Shown piece after piece: positions 29,435 to 38,851 of a DNA stretch of 64,000 nt (position 1 is the stretch's first letter; every line of letters begins with the position of its first letter). The stretch comes from Desulfatiglandales bacterium. Lineage in GTDB: Bacteria; Desulfobacterota; DSM-4660; Desulfatiglandales; HGW-15. A program made the translations under genes and the position numbers. The notes below the pieces were generated by a model that was given only the letters and a program-made list of their open reading frames with translations, was not told where the DNA came from and ran no database searches. The stretch spans positions 1,504,001-1,568,000 of the forward strand of contig CAXXJJ010000001.1 in NCBI GenBank assembly GCA_963667015.2. Reading direction: 5' to 3'.

Positions 29435-29637
29435 GGGCGAGAGGGACGTCCATAAAAAAATAACTCAAAAGAACAGTATTGAATTGTATTTATATTCGTA
29501 ATCTCAACTTTCATTTTTTTAAAGACTATGGCAAGTAATCTAAATATCAACCATATGACAATCTTTCTGTATAACATTCAATTTGTAAAGATATACAGAA
29601 CTGGTGAATAACTTGATCGGCTAAGAAGAATGTAACC

Positions 29638-30666
29638 ATGATAACATATGATAAAGAAAAACAGTGGCAACGGCTCATTGGACAACATGAAAGTATGAGG
29701 CTGGAGTTCAAGAGTTGCCGTCTATTTGACAATAAAAGAAAAGGAATAAATGACTTGAGTAAAGAGGCTTCAGCTTTTGCCAATAGCGAGGGCGGCGCTA
29801 TACTAATAGGGATAGAGGAGAAAAAAGAAGGTAAAACCCGAGTGGCAGACAGATTATTGGGCATTGATTCTGAAATAATTGCTCCAGAGTGGCTTCAACA
29901 AATCATTGAGTCAAATATCAGTCCATATCTACCAGGGATTCGAGTGCACAGAGTACCATTTTCTGATGGTAATGCCGGAAAAATAGGATTTGCAATCCTT
30001 ATTCCACGAGGAACAACTGCATATCAAGCTAATGATATGAAGTACTATGGTCGGTCGGAGTATGAAAAGAAAGCACTTCCCGACCATGAAATTCGTCTTC
30101 TAATGATGAAAGGTCGTATTGCACAGGCAACTGTACTTACAGGGTATTCCGAGCTCATTACTGCTGAAGACCATAATTTGAGAGAGAAGAAAAGGGTTGA
30201 AGCCTTGCGTGCGAGTAAGCGCATTTTTCGTCGTGAAGATGAAGTAAAGGAAGTGGATTATGACAGATACCTGATTCAACTTGAAGTACTGAACACTAGC
30301 GACATAACCATTTCCAACTTCGCTTTCGAAATCAATCTAGAATCATCATTCTTAGTCAAATATAAAAATAAAAAAAGATTTCGATTTCCACAATCGAGAT
30401 CAATATATAATACTGGTACAAGGGACATATGGGAACCCCCTGAATTACTCTTTCCGAGAGATCGTTTACAACTTCCCACTGAAAAACTTGAGTTTAGAGT
30501 TCCGGTTAATCAGGACTTCTTCTCCAAAAAATCAGTTTTACATTGGAAAGTGTTTCTTGATAACGCTCCACCGTGTAATGGGAGTATTGATCTTCGCCAA
30601 GTCTTCGCAGAAAAATTGAAAGCCGAACAAGCTGCTTCACAAGACACCGGAGGATTCCTTGCTTGA
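29638..30666 (+). CDS. Schlafen/AlbA_2 domain protein with unknown C-terminal domain
   Basis: ESMRLEFKS...KEASAFANSEGGAILIGIEE. Confidence 0.82.
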   Translation: MITYDKEKQWQRLIGQHESMRLEFKSCRLFDNKRKGINDLSKEASAFANSEGGAILIGIEEKKEGKTRVADRLLGIDSEIIAPEWLQQIIESNISPYLPGIRVHRVPFSDGNAGKIGFAILIPRGTTAYQANDMKYYGRSEYEKKALPDHEIRLLMMKGRIAQATVLTGYSELITAEDHNLREKKRVEALRASKRIFRREDEVKEVDYDRYLIQLEVLNTSDITISNFAFEINLESSFLVKYKNKKRFRFPQSRSIYNTGTRDIWEPPELLFPRDRLQLPTEKLEFRVPVNQDFFSKKSVLHWKVFLDNAPPCNGSIDLRQVFAEKLKAEQAASQDTGGFLA

Positions 30667-30706
30667 TTCGAAAATCATGGCGGGGCTTGTGAGCAAACAA
30701 TTACAA
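30622..30706 (+). other. Decayed integron attC-like site
   Basis: GCCGAAC core, GCTTCACAAG/CTTGTGAGC inner repeat with bulge; terminal GTTRRRY degenerate. Confidence 0.45.
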
Positions 30707-30818
30707 AGAATAGACTACAGCTATAAATCATGATCATTTTTTGCATCTTAAAAAGTGTAGATTGCTATAATATTTTTCTTATTCTAGTTACAAAATATAT
30801 TCTAAAAAGAGGCAATAT

Positions 30819-31358
30819 ATGAAGGGTAGGGATCTTTTAAAAATTATTTTCTGCTTTTTATTGTTTCAAGCTGTCACGGGAAGCAATCAATTGATTGCCG
30901 GTTCATACGATCAGTCACTGTCTGGTTCACAGCCTGCTGACAAAGGTAAAGAAATGCCTGAAGAACTTAAAGCAGAGACAGATCAGCATTTGTGTGCGCT
31001 CTGGGAAGAAATGAGAACAGCCCTTTCAAATTCTGATATTGAAACTGCGATGAGCTATTTTACTGAGAAAAGCCGTAAAACTTATGGGTCTCAATTTGCG
31101 AAAGTATCAGATGAAAAACGCCGCGAACTGGCAGAGAACTGGGAGGATCTGCAGCTCGTTAAATTCCATTCAGACAGTCATGCTGAACACGATATCCTGG
31201 AAATAAGAGATGACGAAGAAGTATTCTGGCACGTTGACTTTATAAAAAACCAGGTGAAAGCGAATGGAAAATTAAATCTTTCTATAATTGATAACCAGTC
31301 CTGCCTATACTTTACCTGGCAGTACCGGAAAACCGGATATTATTTCGCAGCGAAATAA
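30819..31358 (+). CDS. Secreted hypothetical protein (possible 3' frameshift)
   Basis: Signal peptide; alternative frame after the A-run near 31245 gives EWKIKSF. Confidence 0.55.
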   Translation: MKGRDLLKIIFCFLLFQAVTGSNQLIAGSYDQSLSGSQPADKGKEMPEELKAETDQHLCALWEEMRTALSNSDIETAMSYFTEKSRKTYGSQFAKVSDEKRRELAENWEDLQLVKFHSDSHAEHDILEIRDDEEVFWHVDFIKNQVKANGKLNLSIIDNQSCLYFTWQYRKTGYYFAAK

Positions 31359-31380
31359 TAACTATGTTAGGCGCTAGTCG

Positions 31381-32391
31381 ATGAGTACTAAGAGTAAACT
31401 CATGAGAGAGAAAAAGTTAATAATTGCCATACTCCGTTGGATTGGGTGGATAATCTTGGCGGGACTGATACTCATTATAGGGCTAATTATCTTTTTATTT
31501 GTACGAGAGTCTCTGACTCGAAACCGGTACCGGGCAGATTATCCCCCACCAGGCAAAATGGTCAGTATTGGTACCCATGACATCCATTTGAACTGCCTGG
31601 GGAGCGGGAGCCCAACGGTCGTTTTTGAATCCGACCTTGATCAGTATGGAGTATTAAGCTGGGTTTCTGTCCAAGGTGAAATCGGGAAATTTACCCGCGC
31701 ATGCAGCTACGACAGGGCCGGGATCATGTGGAGCGAGTCTGGGCCGCGGCCTAGAAATGGAAAAACTATTGCTGCTGAACTGAAGACCGTCCTGGAGAAC
31801 GCTGGTGAGGAAGGCCCTTATATTCTGGTAGGTCATGCTTTTGGCGGCGCTTATGTAAGAATATTTGCGGGGCAAAATCCTGATGATATATGCGGCATGG
31901 TACTGATTGAATCAAGTCACCCTGAAATGCTTACACGATTCGCTGAATATGGGATTGAAACAGAGATTCCAAACAAACAGACCAGGCCATTGATCTTGCT
32001 TTTGTCTCATCTGGGAATGCCAGGTCGTTATAAAGGCAATATCTATGATCTGCCTCCTGAGGTCTATAATCCAGTACAGGCACTCTTGCCCGAATCAAGT
32101 GTGGCATGGTTTGATGAGAAAGTTGAAAGTCCTAACACGCTAGCACAAGCGGGACAGTATGAATATCTCGGCGACTGGCCATTGATTGTGCTTGCTACTT
32201 CAAGACCTTCACCTTCCTTGGGAGATCTGGGACAGAAACTAGATGATTTATGGCTCGAAATGCAGCAGGAGTTGCTCCCACTCAGTGAGAATAGCGAGAT
32301 AAGAATTTATGAGGGTGGTCATTATCCTCAGCTTCAAGACCCTGAGATTGTAATCGAAGCAATTCAGGATGTGCTTGGTGGATGTGAATAA
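31381..32391 (+). CDS. Alpha/beta hydrolase with N-terminal TM; nucleophile elbow altered (GHAFGG)
   Basis: SYDRAG, ILVGHAFGG, GGHYPQ. Confidence 0.85.
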   Translation: MSTKSKLMREKKLIIAILRWIGWIILAGLILIIGLIIFLFVRESLTRNRYRADYPPPGKMVSIGTHDIHLNCLGSGSPTVVFESDLDQYGVLSWVSVQGEIGKFTRACSYDRAGIMWSESGPRPRNGKTIAAELKTVLENAGEEGPYILVGHAFGGAYVRIFAGQNPDDICGMVLIESSHPEMLTRFAEYGIETEIPNKQTRPLILLLSHLGMPGRYKGNIYDLPPEVYNPVQALLPESSVAWFDEKVESPNTLAQAGQYEYLGDWPLIVLATSRPSPSLGDLGQKLDDLWLEMQQELLPLSENSEIRIYEGGHYPQLQDPEIVIEAIQDVLGGCE

Positions 32392-32661
32392 GCATCGCCT
32401 TTTTAATATGGCTTTTCGACACCTTGGAGCATTTATACGTTGGGGTTATGCTTTGAATGCTGTAATTCAAAAGCACCTAACAAAGCGTAAAAACTTAAAA
32501 TTGAGCGTTTTTAACGCAATAATCTGCTCAGTTTTTGATTTATATAATTCCCTTTTTCTTTTTTCCCAAGCCAGTATATAATATCTTTCATTATTTATTA
32601 ACTATGAATATGCCATCCTATTAATTGAACAACTCTGATACTAACTATTGGGGAGTATGTT

Positions 32662-33042
32662 ATGAGTTGGAAAATAAACTATGATAAAGATTCTAGTATC
32701 ATTGAAGTAACTTATATCGGTAATGTTTCAGGTATGGATATACGAGAAGCCACAGAAAAACGTATATCTGTGCAGGCTGAAACTGGTGCAACCCGCGTTT
32801 TAGCGGATGCATCACAGAGCCTAGGTGGTCCATCTACTATGGAGATTTATGATCTTCCTGATAAAATATACGTAGAGTATGAATCCAGGAGAGATACACG
32901 AATTGCATTTATTCTTCCTACAAATAAACAATCTAGAGAACTTGCTAATTTTTTTCAAACTGCAGCGAAAAATAGAGGTTGGATGATTGAATTATTTGAA
33001 AATCGAGAAGACGCTCTTTTCTGGTTAACAAATATTAGTTAG
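32662..33042 (+). CDS. STAS/SpoIIAA-like hypothetical protein
   Basis: RVLAD...RIAFI...FENREDALFWL. Confidence 0.65.
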   Translation: MSWKINYDKDSSIIEVTYIGNVSGMDIREATEKRISVQAETGATRVLADASQSLGGPSTMEIYDLPDKIYVEYESRRDTRIAFILPTNKQSRELANFFQTAAKNRGWMIELFENREDALFWLTNIS

Positions 33043-33219
33043 TTTCCATCCATAAACGGCTCTTTTTTACAATCTCTGCGTCAATCTGCGGAATGACTTG
33101 TGCGATGTACTAAAGTACATCTCCGCGCCATTCCTTGATTTCCTTGATCTTGTAAAAAATATCTCGTTTATGAATTGGAAACTACTTAGTGCCTCAAAAC
33201 TGTTTATGGATGGGCACTA
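33040..33219. mobile_element. MITE-like palindromic element with a duplicated right end
   Basis: TAGTTTCCATCCATAAAC...GTTTATGAATTGGAAACTA (33184) followed by a second end GTTTATGGATGGGCACTA. Confidence 0.7.
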
Positions 33220-33351
33220 GTTAGAGTGGTATTTCTATGTTTGATTACTGCTATAAGTCATAACGTATGCGGGTATTAAGAAAGTATAGATTTCGGTAAG
33301 TAAAAGTGCATAACTTGCTATGATTTCAACTTCAATCAAAGTCCTGATATA

Positions 33352-33762
33352 TTATGTGTATCCAGACTCTTGAATCCATTCAATCGCATCATCATAGTTA
33401 AAAAATGTGTTGATTTTTGATTTGACAGACATCCCGGCCATCTCTTCATATATTTTGCCCAGTCTGAGACCACTATCACTTGAATGGATAGCTGCAATTT
33501 TCCCGTTTCCTATTAAATCATTGTACTGATTGTGCATACCAATAGACATAATTACATCATCAAATTGAACGCTATCAAAATCTACATTCCTGAAATCCCC
33601 CAGTATATGAGTTCCGGGTTTCCACCTGGGATCTAAAATGACCTCTTCAATCAATAATATAAAATATGTATTTGAAAAATCACCACTGCAAACCAGCTCA
33701 ACGACTCCATCATCCCGGAAAGTCTTTTTGCAATCCATTTTAATCCTTTGATTAGTATTCAC
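33352..33762 (-). CDS. STAS/SpoIIAA-like hypothetical protein
   Basis: ILGDFR...KIAAI...FFNYDDAIEWI. Confidence 0.65.
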   Translation of the reverse strand: MNTNQRIKMDCKKTFRDDGVVELVCSGDFSNTYFILLIEEVILDPRWKPGTHILGDFRNVDFDSVQFDDVIMSIGMHNQYNDLIGNGKIAAIHSSDSGLRLGKIYEEMAGMSVKSKINTFFNYDDAIEWIQESGYT

Positions 33763-33781
33763 TTGACGGGTAAGGATACGA

Positions 33782-34030
33782 TTAATCTCTGCTTAGATTT
33801 TTTTGCAGAGGGCACCTGTCCCAGTAATACTTTGTTTCACCGTTTTCAAAGATTTTGACTGCACATTTTCCAAGGCCGGAGCAGTATTCCAGATTTTTTA
33901 CCTGGTCTAGCTCTGTTATTTTCTCCGGGCTTAGACCGTCTTTTTCCCTGTGGGAGTCAATTCTTATGTCGGCGTTTACTGTTTCATTAATAGCGGGGCA
34001 GTGGAAACTATAATTATTTACTTCTACCAT
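33782..34030 (-). CDS. Small Cys-containing hypothetical protein
   Basis: ATG 34030 with AGGGG RBS; four Cys. Confidence 0.55.
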   Translation of the reverse strand: MVEVNNYSFHCPAINETVNADIRIDSHREKDGLSPEKITELDQVKNLEYCSGLGKCAVKIFENGETKYYWDRCPLQKNLSRD

Positions 34031-34054
34031 CTTGACCCCTGTTGTGTTGTGATT

Positions 34055-34160
34055 AAAAAAAGGCTGAAAGGCCGGAAACCGAGGAGGATACCGGCCTTTC
34101 ATGAACAACTTAATACGAGTACAAGTGTAAGATATTAAGTGAATCCTGGCATTATGTCAA
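34055..34160 (-). promoter_or_regulatory. Sigma70 promoter followed by a short leader ending in a terminator (sRNA or attenuator)
   Basis: TTGACA-17-TAATAT (34160-34132); 11-bp perfect stem 34065-34101 then GCC and T7. Confidence 0.55.
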
Positions 34161-34222
34161 TAATGATATATAGAATTTATGTAAAAGATATGTAAATTTT
34201 TTATCTTTGCCTGTTAAAGGGG

Positions 34223-34345
34223 TCTCCTAATAGCTCATGGGCGTATAAGTAAAGAATAGGGGTAAAAAATAGTTGTAAATTGATAAAATATCGAAGATAA
34301 AAATAAGTAAAAATGAGCAAAATACATTAATGAGCTAAACGGAGA
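34223..34345 (+). mobile_element. 123-bp MITE-like element, copy 3
   Basis: Near-identical to 19497 and 29250. Confidence 0.85.
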
Positions 34346-34375
34346 TTTTCCCCCTTTACATAATGGAGTGACGAA

Positions 34376-34753
34376 ATGGCAAAGTACAATACAATTGACG
34401 AATACATTGATGCACAGTCACATCCGCAAGCGGAATTATTGCAGGATTTGAGGAAAGCAATTTTGGAAGCTGTACCAGATGCTATAGAAACCTTCAACTA
34501 TGGGGTACCAGCGTTCAGTCTTGTAAAGAATGGAAAAGCGAATCAGCAAATCATGATTGGAGCATTTAAAAATCATGTTGGAATTTATCCGCATCCAACA
34601 ACAATCGTGAAATTTGAGAAAGAGCTTTCCAAATTCAAACAGGGTAAAGGGTCAATACAATTTCCTTTAGATAAACCAATTCCAAGCAAGTTGATTGAGA
34701 AGATGGTGAAGTTCAGGAAAAAGCAAATTCAAAGCGAATTCAAAGCGAATTAA
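34376..34753 (+). CDS. DUF1801 (YdhG-like) protein
   Basis: TIDEYI...YGVPAF...KNHVGIYP...KGSIQFPLDKPIP. Confidence 0.88.
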   Translation: MAKYNTIDEYIDAQSHPQAELLQDLRKAILEAVPDAIETFNYGVPAFSLVKNGKANQQIMIGAFKNHVGIYPHPTTIVKFEKELSKFKQGKGSIQFPLDKPIPSKLIEKMVKFRKKQIQSEFKAN

Positions 34754-34875
34754 AGCAATGAAAAATTCAAAGACAAGGTGTAACGAACAAAAAGCCACAC
34801 CAGACCCCGGATGGTACCTTGCTTGTTGCGTAAATAATAAAAACAACGGGGTCGCGTCTTGAATCTTGAATAGAG

Positions 34876-34942
34876 AGGGAACCGGAACGTTGTTGACTAC
34901 GCTAACCCTTATTTACGATAGTCAGCAACGTTCCCAATTCCC
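34876..34942. repeat. REP-like palindrome
   Basis: GGAACGTTGTTGACTA...TAGTCAGCAACGTTCC. Confidence 0.6.
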
Positions 34943-34977
34943 AATATAAGGCGATTGGTGTCAGGCAATCATGAGTC

Positions 34978-35508
34978 TTATTTGTATCTTTCAACAACTT
35001 CGTTGTATTTCTCATGTATCATTTTCGCATCAAATTCAAGGAACTCTGACAGCATGTTCTGTTCTTCTTTTTCCTTAAAGTATTTTCTCACTGATGGGAA
35101 AAACAATTTATCTTCTTTTTCGATATGCTTCGGGTAGAAATCTGTGAGAGTCTGAAGCTTTTCAACAATTTCTTTCAGAGCCTCTTTAACACCACTCCGG
35201 TAACGATCATTTGCCTGAACAAGGGCTTTGGTCGTGAGGCGACCGAAAATATGTTCTTTGATCAATTCATCCATCATTTCCCTGTCTTCAGAAGTTAAAG
35301 GCTTTTCTTTCAGTTCTTCAAAAAGAATATCTTCTTCTTTTCCATGATGAGTCCTGTCAGCATATGTCTTTATAAAATCAACCACAGTGTCGATGAACAG
35401 GGGATTAACCTTGTTAGACGATATAATTCTCTTTACCTCATCCTTTACAACAGCCAGCATCCGCTCAATAAGGCGATGCTCAATCATAAGCGGTCCTCTT
35501 GCCTGCAT
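34978..35508 (-). CDS. Hemerythrin-domain protein
   Basis: LMIEH, HHGKEEDILF, KEH, HIEKEDKLFF. Confidence 0.88.
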   Translation of the reverse strand: MQARGPLMIEHRLIERMLAVVKDEVKRIISSNKVNPLFIDTVVDFIKTYADRTHHGKEEDILFEELKEKPLTSEDREMMDELIKEHIFGRLTTKALVQANDRYRSGVKEALKEIVEKLQTLTDFYPKHIEKEDKLFFPSVRKYFKEKEEQNMLSEFLEFDAKMIHEKYNEVVERYK

Positions 35509-35841
35509 TTTATTAGCCTCCTTTATTAAAGGATTCATCTTTAAATTCTCATTTATTACTATTTTACTTTTAACCTGCTTTACTTTCATTGACATAGATC
35601 AATACATCATTCACTTTAGATGATAATCTTATCACAATCCGCATAAAGATATTCATCTATTTAATAAATACATGATCGGCCTTATAGTATTCTTTAGTAC
35701 TGTTAGTTAATATATACAATGTAATAAAAGGGGATGCTGTAAGGTTATAATTTTTAATCGCGCATCCTTATAACCTGTCAGTGTTCCGCTTTACACTCAT
35801 TCAATCAATCATTTTACAGTTTTTATAAGACATGGGAATAC

Positions 35842-37188
35842 ATGAACTATCAGGAATTTGATGTCATTGTGATTGGATCCGGCACTTCTGCCTATAATGC
35901 GGTTGATGTTCTCAACAAGGCCGGCCGGAGGGTCGCCATGGTAGACGAGCGGCCATATGGGGGAACGTGCTCTCTGCGTGGATGCCAGCCCAAGAAATAT
36001 CTGGTGAGTAACGCCGGGGCAGTAGCAATGGTGAGTCACCTTGTTGGCAGGGGTATAGTATCAAGGCCTGAAACTGACTGGAAGGCTCTTCAGGCGCTCA
36101 AGAATGAATTTGTTGATGGTATATCCGAAGCCGATCTGGAAAGATGGAAGGAAGCGGGTGTTGCGACCTTTCACGGCCGGGCGGTTATGACCGGTGAGGA
36201 TGAGGTTACTGTGGGCCGCGACAGGCTGAAGGCCCGGCATATTGTTCTTGCGACCGGAGCAGTTCCAAGACACACTGATATTCCCGGCAGCAATAATATT
36301 CACGACAGCGAGTATTTTTTGAATCTGCCTGACATCCCGAATCGCATTCTGTTTATTGGCGGCGGAATTATTTCCTTTGAATTCGCCCATGTTGCGATTC
36401 ATGCCGGCGCAAAAGAGGTTACTATCCTGCATCGATCTTCCCGGCCATTGAAGGCCTTTGATCATGACATCGTAAAAACCGTGCTTGAAGCCAGCAAAGC
36501 GGAAGGAATCCGGATCGTGCTTAATGAATCGCCCGTATCGGTTGAATCCACTGAAAAAGGATTGATCGTTCAAGGTTCCGGGGGCGGAGTTTATGAGGGG
36601 GATCTTATTATCGGGGCCACAGGAAGGGTTCCAAACCTGAGTGTTTTAGAAGGTGACCACAGTAATGTCGAGAGTTCCTCTCGCGGGGTCAGTGTGAATG
36701 AATTTCTCCAGAGTGTTTCCAATCCAAAAGTATATGCCGTGGGTGACTGTGCGGCGACAAGGTACATGCTTGCCCCTGTGGCCGATGAAGAAGGTAAAAC
36801 AGCGGCCCTCAATATTCTTGAAGGCAATGTTAAAACGATCGATTATTCAGCGGTTCCAGGCGTGGTATTTACGATACCCTGTATCGCATCGGTTGGCCTG
36901 ACAGAAGAACAGGCAAAAGAGCAGGGTCTTGATTTTCGTGTGAATCAGGGAATGACGACATCCTGGCCATCCTCTAAACGCATTGGAGAAGAACACGGAG
37001 CCTACAAGATTCTCATCGACAGGACAACAAACCGGATACTTGGTGCGCATATCGCCAGACATAACGCCTGTGAAGCTATCAATGTGCTGGCTCTTGCAAT
37101 AAAATACAGGATAAAGGCCTCCGATCTGGCGGAATTCATGTGGGCCTACCCGACAGTTATTTCCGATCTGAAATACATGGTGAAATAA
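35842..37188 (+). CDS. Pyridine nucleotide-disulfide oxidoreductase (glutathione reductase-like)
   Basis: VIGSG, GGTCSLRGCQPKK redox-active pair, YAVGD, C-terminal YPT. Confidence 0.9.
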   Translation: MNYQEFDVIVIGSGTSAYNAVDVLNKAGRRVAMVDERPYGGTCSLRGCQPKKYLVSNAGAVAMVSHLVGRGIVSRPETDWKALQALKNEFVDGISEADLERWKEAGVATFHGRAVMTGEDEVTVGRDRLKARHIVLATGAVPRHTDIPGSNNIHDSEYFLNLPDIPNRILFIGGGIISFEFAHVAIHAGAKEVTILHRSSRPLKAFDHDIVKTVLEASKAEGIRIVLNESPVSVESTEKGLIVQGSGGGVYEGDLIIGATGRVPNLSVLEGDHSNVESSSRGVSVNEFLQSVSNPKVYAVGDCAATRYMLAPVADEEGKTAALNILEGNVKTIDYSAVPGVVFTIPCIASVGLTEEQAKEQGLDFRVNQGMTTSWPSSKRIGEEHGAYKILIDRTTNRILGAHIARHNACEAINVLALAIKYRIKASDLAEFMWAYPTVISDLKYMVK

Positions 37189-37288
37189 AATAGTGTACTC
37201 CCTGGTTTAGGTTTCAATCCGGAACACCCCCCGAAGTGCCGGTCATCGATTTGTGGAAGGCCTCTCACGACAGCAAAGGATCATAAAT

Positions 37289-38452
37289 ATGACTCTTAAT
37301 AAGAAAAAATATCTTTTAATAACAGCGGGTGTCATAGCACTTATATTTTCAATAGTTCGGTATAAAAACGGAATGTTCAATTTTGAGAAAAAGGGCGACT
37401 CCTCACCCAAGACACTCATTTCAGTGAAAGAGGTATCTGTTTCTCAGGGCAGCCTTGTTTTCACTGATGAAAAATCTGCCAAGAAAATCGAAGCCAGTGA
37501 CGTTGATTTAAACATAAAAAACTTTATATCCAATGGTACAGCCGGCGCTGGCTTTCTCCATAACATTTCATTCACCGGCGATGCCAGAGTAAAGGCACTC
37601 AAGATCTCTGATTTAACCCTCATGGATCTCGTAATGCAGGCAGCAGGTAAAAAGGGAAAACTGGAAATCAATCCCGTCAGTATGAACATCCTGGGTGGAG
37701 CAGGCAAGGGGAGCATTCATCTGGACGTAACAGGTCCGTCACCCCTGTACAGGGTAAGCTGTATCCTTAATCAGGTCAGGATGGAAAACCTTATGCAGCA
37801 ATTCTCGTCAGAGAAAATACCGCAGAAGGCCATGGAAGGGCTGATTAACCTTTCCGCCGACCTGACGGCCGGGGGGAAGAACGCGGATGAAGTGAAACAA
37901 TCGCTTAGCGGGAACGTTTCTTTGAACGGAGAGAATCTGATGCTCTATAACATGGATATTGATGCTCTTATTATGAAGTACGAACGGAGCCAGAACTTCA
38001 ACCTTGTGGATGTAGGCGCCTTTGCACTGGCAGGCCCCTTCGGGCCTGTATTAACAAAGAGTTTCAATTTTGCACGTCTGTACGAAGAATCCCGGGGCGG
38101 AAAAGGAGTCATCAAAAAACTTGTATCGGTCTGGAAGGTAAAAAACGGCATTGCCGAGGCGGTAGATACAGCCCTTGCCTCAGAAAATCATAGAATAGCA
38201 ATGAAAGGGGAGTTGGATTTCATAAACCAGCAATTTCTCGAAGTAACTGTGGCTGCCCTCGATAAAAGTGGTTGTGCAGTTTTCAGCGAAAAAATTCATG
38301 GGCCGTTCAATAATCCTCAGATCGATAAGGAAAATCTCTTTAAATCAATTTCAGGGTCTGTACTGAATCCTCTGCAGGATGCATGGGAATTCATTAAGGG
38401 CGAAGAGTGCACTGTATTTTACTCTGGTTCAGTAGCGCAACCCGGCGAATAA
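37289..38452 (+). CDS. AsmA-family protein, N-terminal region unusually short
   Basis: N-terminal TM, AsmA-like beta-rich body (LSGNVSL...NGIAEA...GPFNNPQI). Confidence 0.7.
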   Translation: MTLNKKKYLLITAGVIALIFSIVRYKNGMFNFEKKGDSSPKTLISVKEVSVSQGSLVFTDEKSAKKIEASDVDLNIKNFISNGTAGAGFLHNISFTGDARVKALKISDLTLMDLVMQAAGKKGKLEINPVSMNILGGAGKGSIHLDVTGPSPLYRVSCILNQVRMENLMQQFSSEKIPQKAMEGLINLSADLTAGGKNADEVKQSLSGNVSLNGENLMLYNMDIDALIMKYERSQNFNLVDVGAFALAGPFGPVLTKSFNFARLYEESRGGKGVIKKLVSVWKVKNGIAEAVDTALASENHRIAMKGELDFINQQFLEVTVAALDKSGCAVFSEKIHGPFNNPQIDKENLFKSISGSVLNPLQDAWEFIKGEECTVFYSGSVAQPGE

Positions 38453-38455
38453 GGT

Positions 38456-38603
38456 GGGCATATTTGACCAATTATCATATATGGCCACTATCCGGCATAA
38501 AACATATCCCGCTCCGACAACTTTTGGAAACACATATTAATTGACATATCAATAGGTTGATCTCAATAAGTTCAGGCCCCCCCAATATGGCATGATGCTT
38601 GGA
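38456..38603 (+). promoter_or_regulatory. Sigma54 promoter module 4
   Basis: GGGCATATTTGACC 38456 and TATCATATATGGCC 38473; IHF TATCAATAGGTTG 38547; TGGCATGATGCTTGGA 38588. Confidence 0.85.
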
Positions 38604-38637
38604 TATATAATTATATAACAACTCAAGGAGGAGCACT

Positions 38638-38811
38638 GTGTTAAGGACGATTGCTGCATATATGATAGTTTTGTGGCTGCTGGTAATAGCAAGCAGCCAC
38701 ACAGTGGGAGGATGGATTCATATCCTGCCGGTAACTGCTGTTATCCTGGTGCTTATCAGTGTGATTCGGCGGCGAAGATCTTTGGGCAAAAACGAAATTA
38801 AAGCCGGATAA
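38638..38811 (+). CDS. lmo0937-family small membrane protein, paralogue (not in ORF track)
   Basis: AGGAGG+GTG; MLRTIAAYMIVLWLLVIASSHTVGGWIHILPV... Confidence 0.75.
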   Translation: MLRTIAAYMIVLWLLVIASSHTVGGWIHILPVTAVILVLISVIRRRRSLGKNEIKAG

Positions 38812-38851
38812 TAAAATATGAATCAACATCCAAGAAGAAAGGAAAAGATAT

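Noticed and set aside
19497..34345. Repeats as a CRISPR array
   Set aside because: Copies are kb apart, with no regular repeat-spacer periodicity and no cas genes
14870..35000. Prophage or ICE
   Set aside because: No integrase, structural, replication or conjugation genes seen
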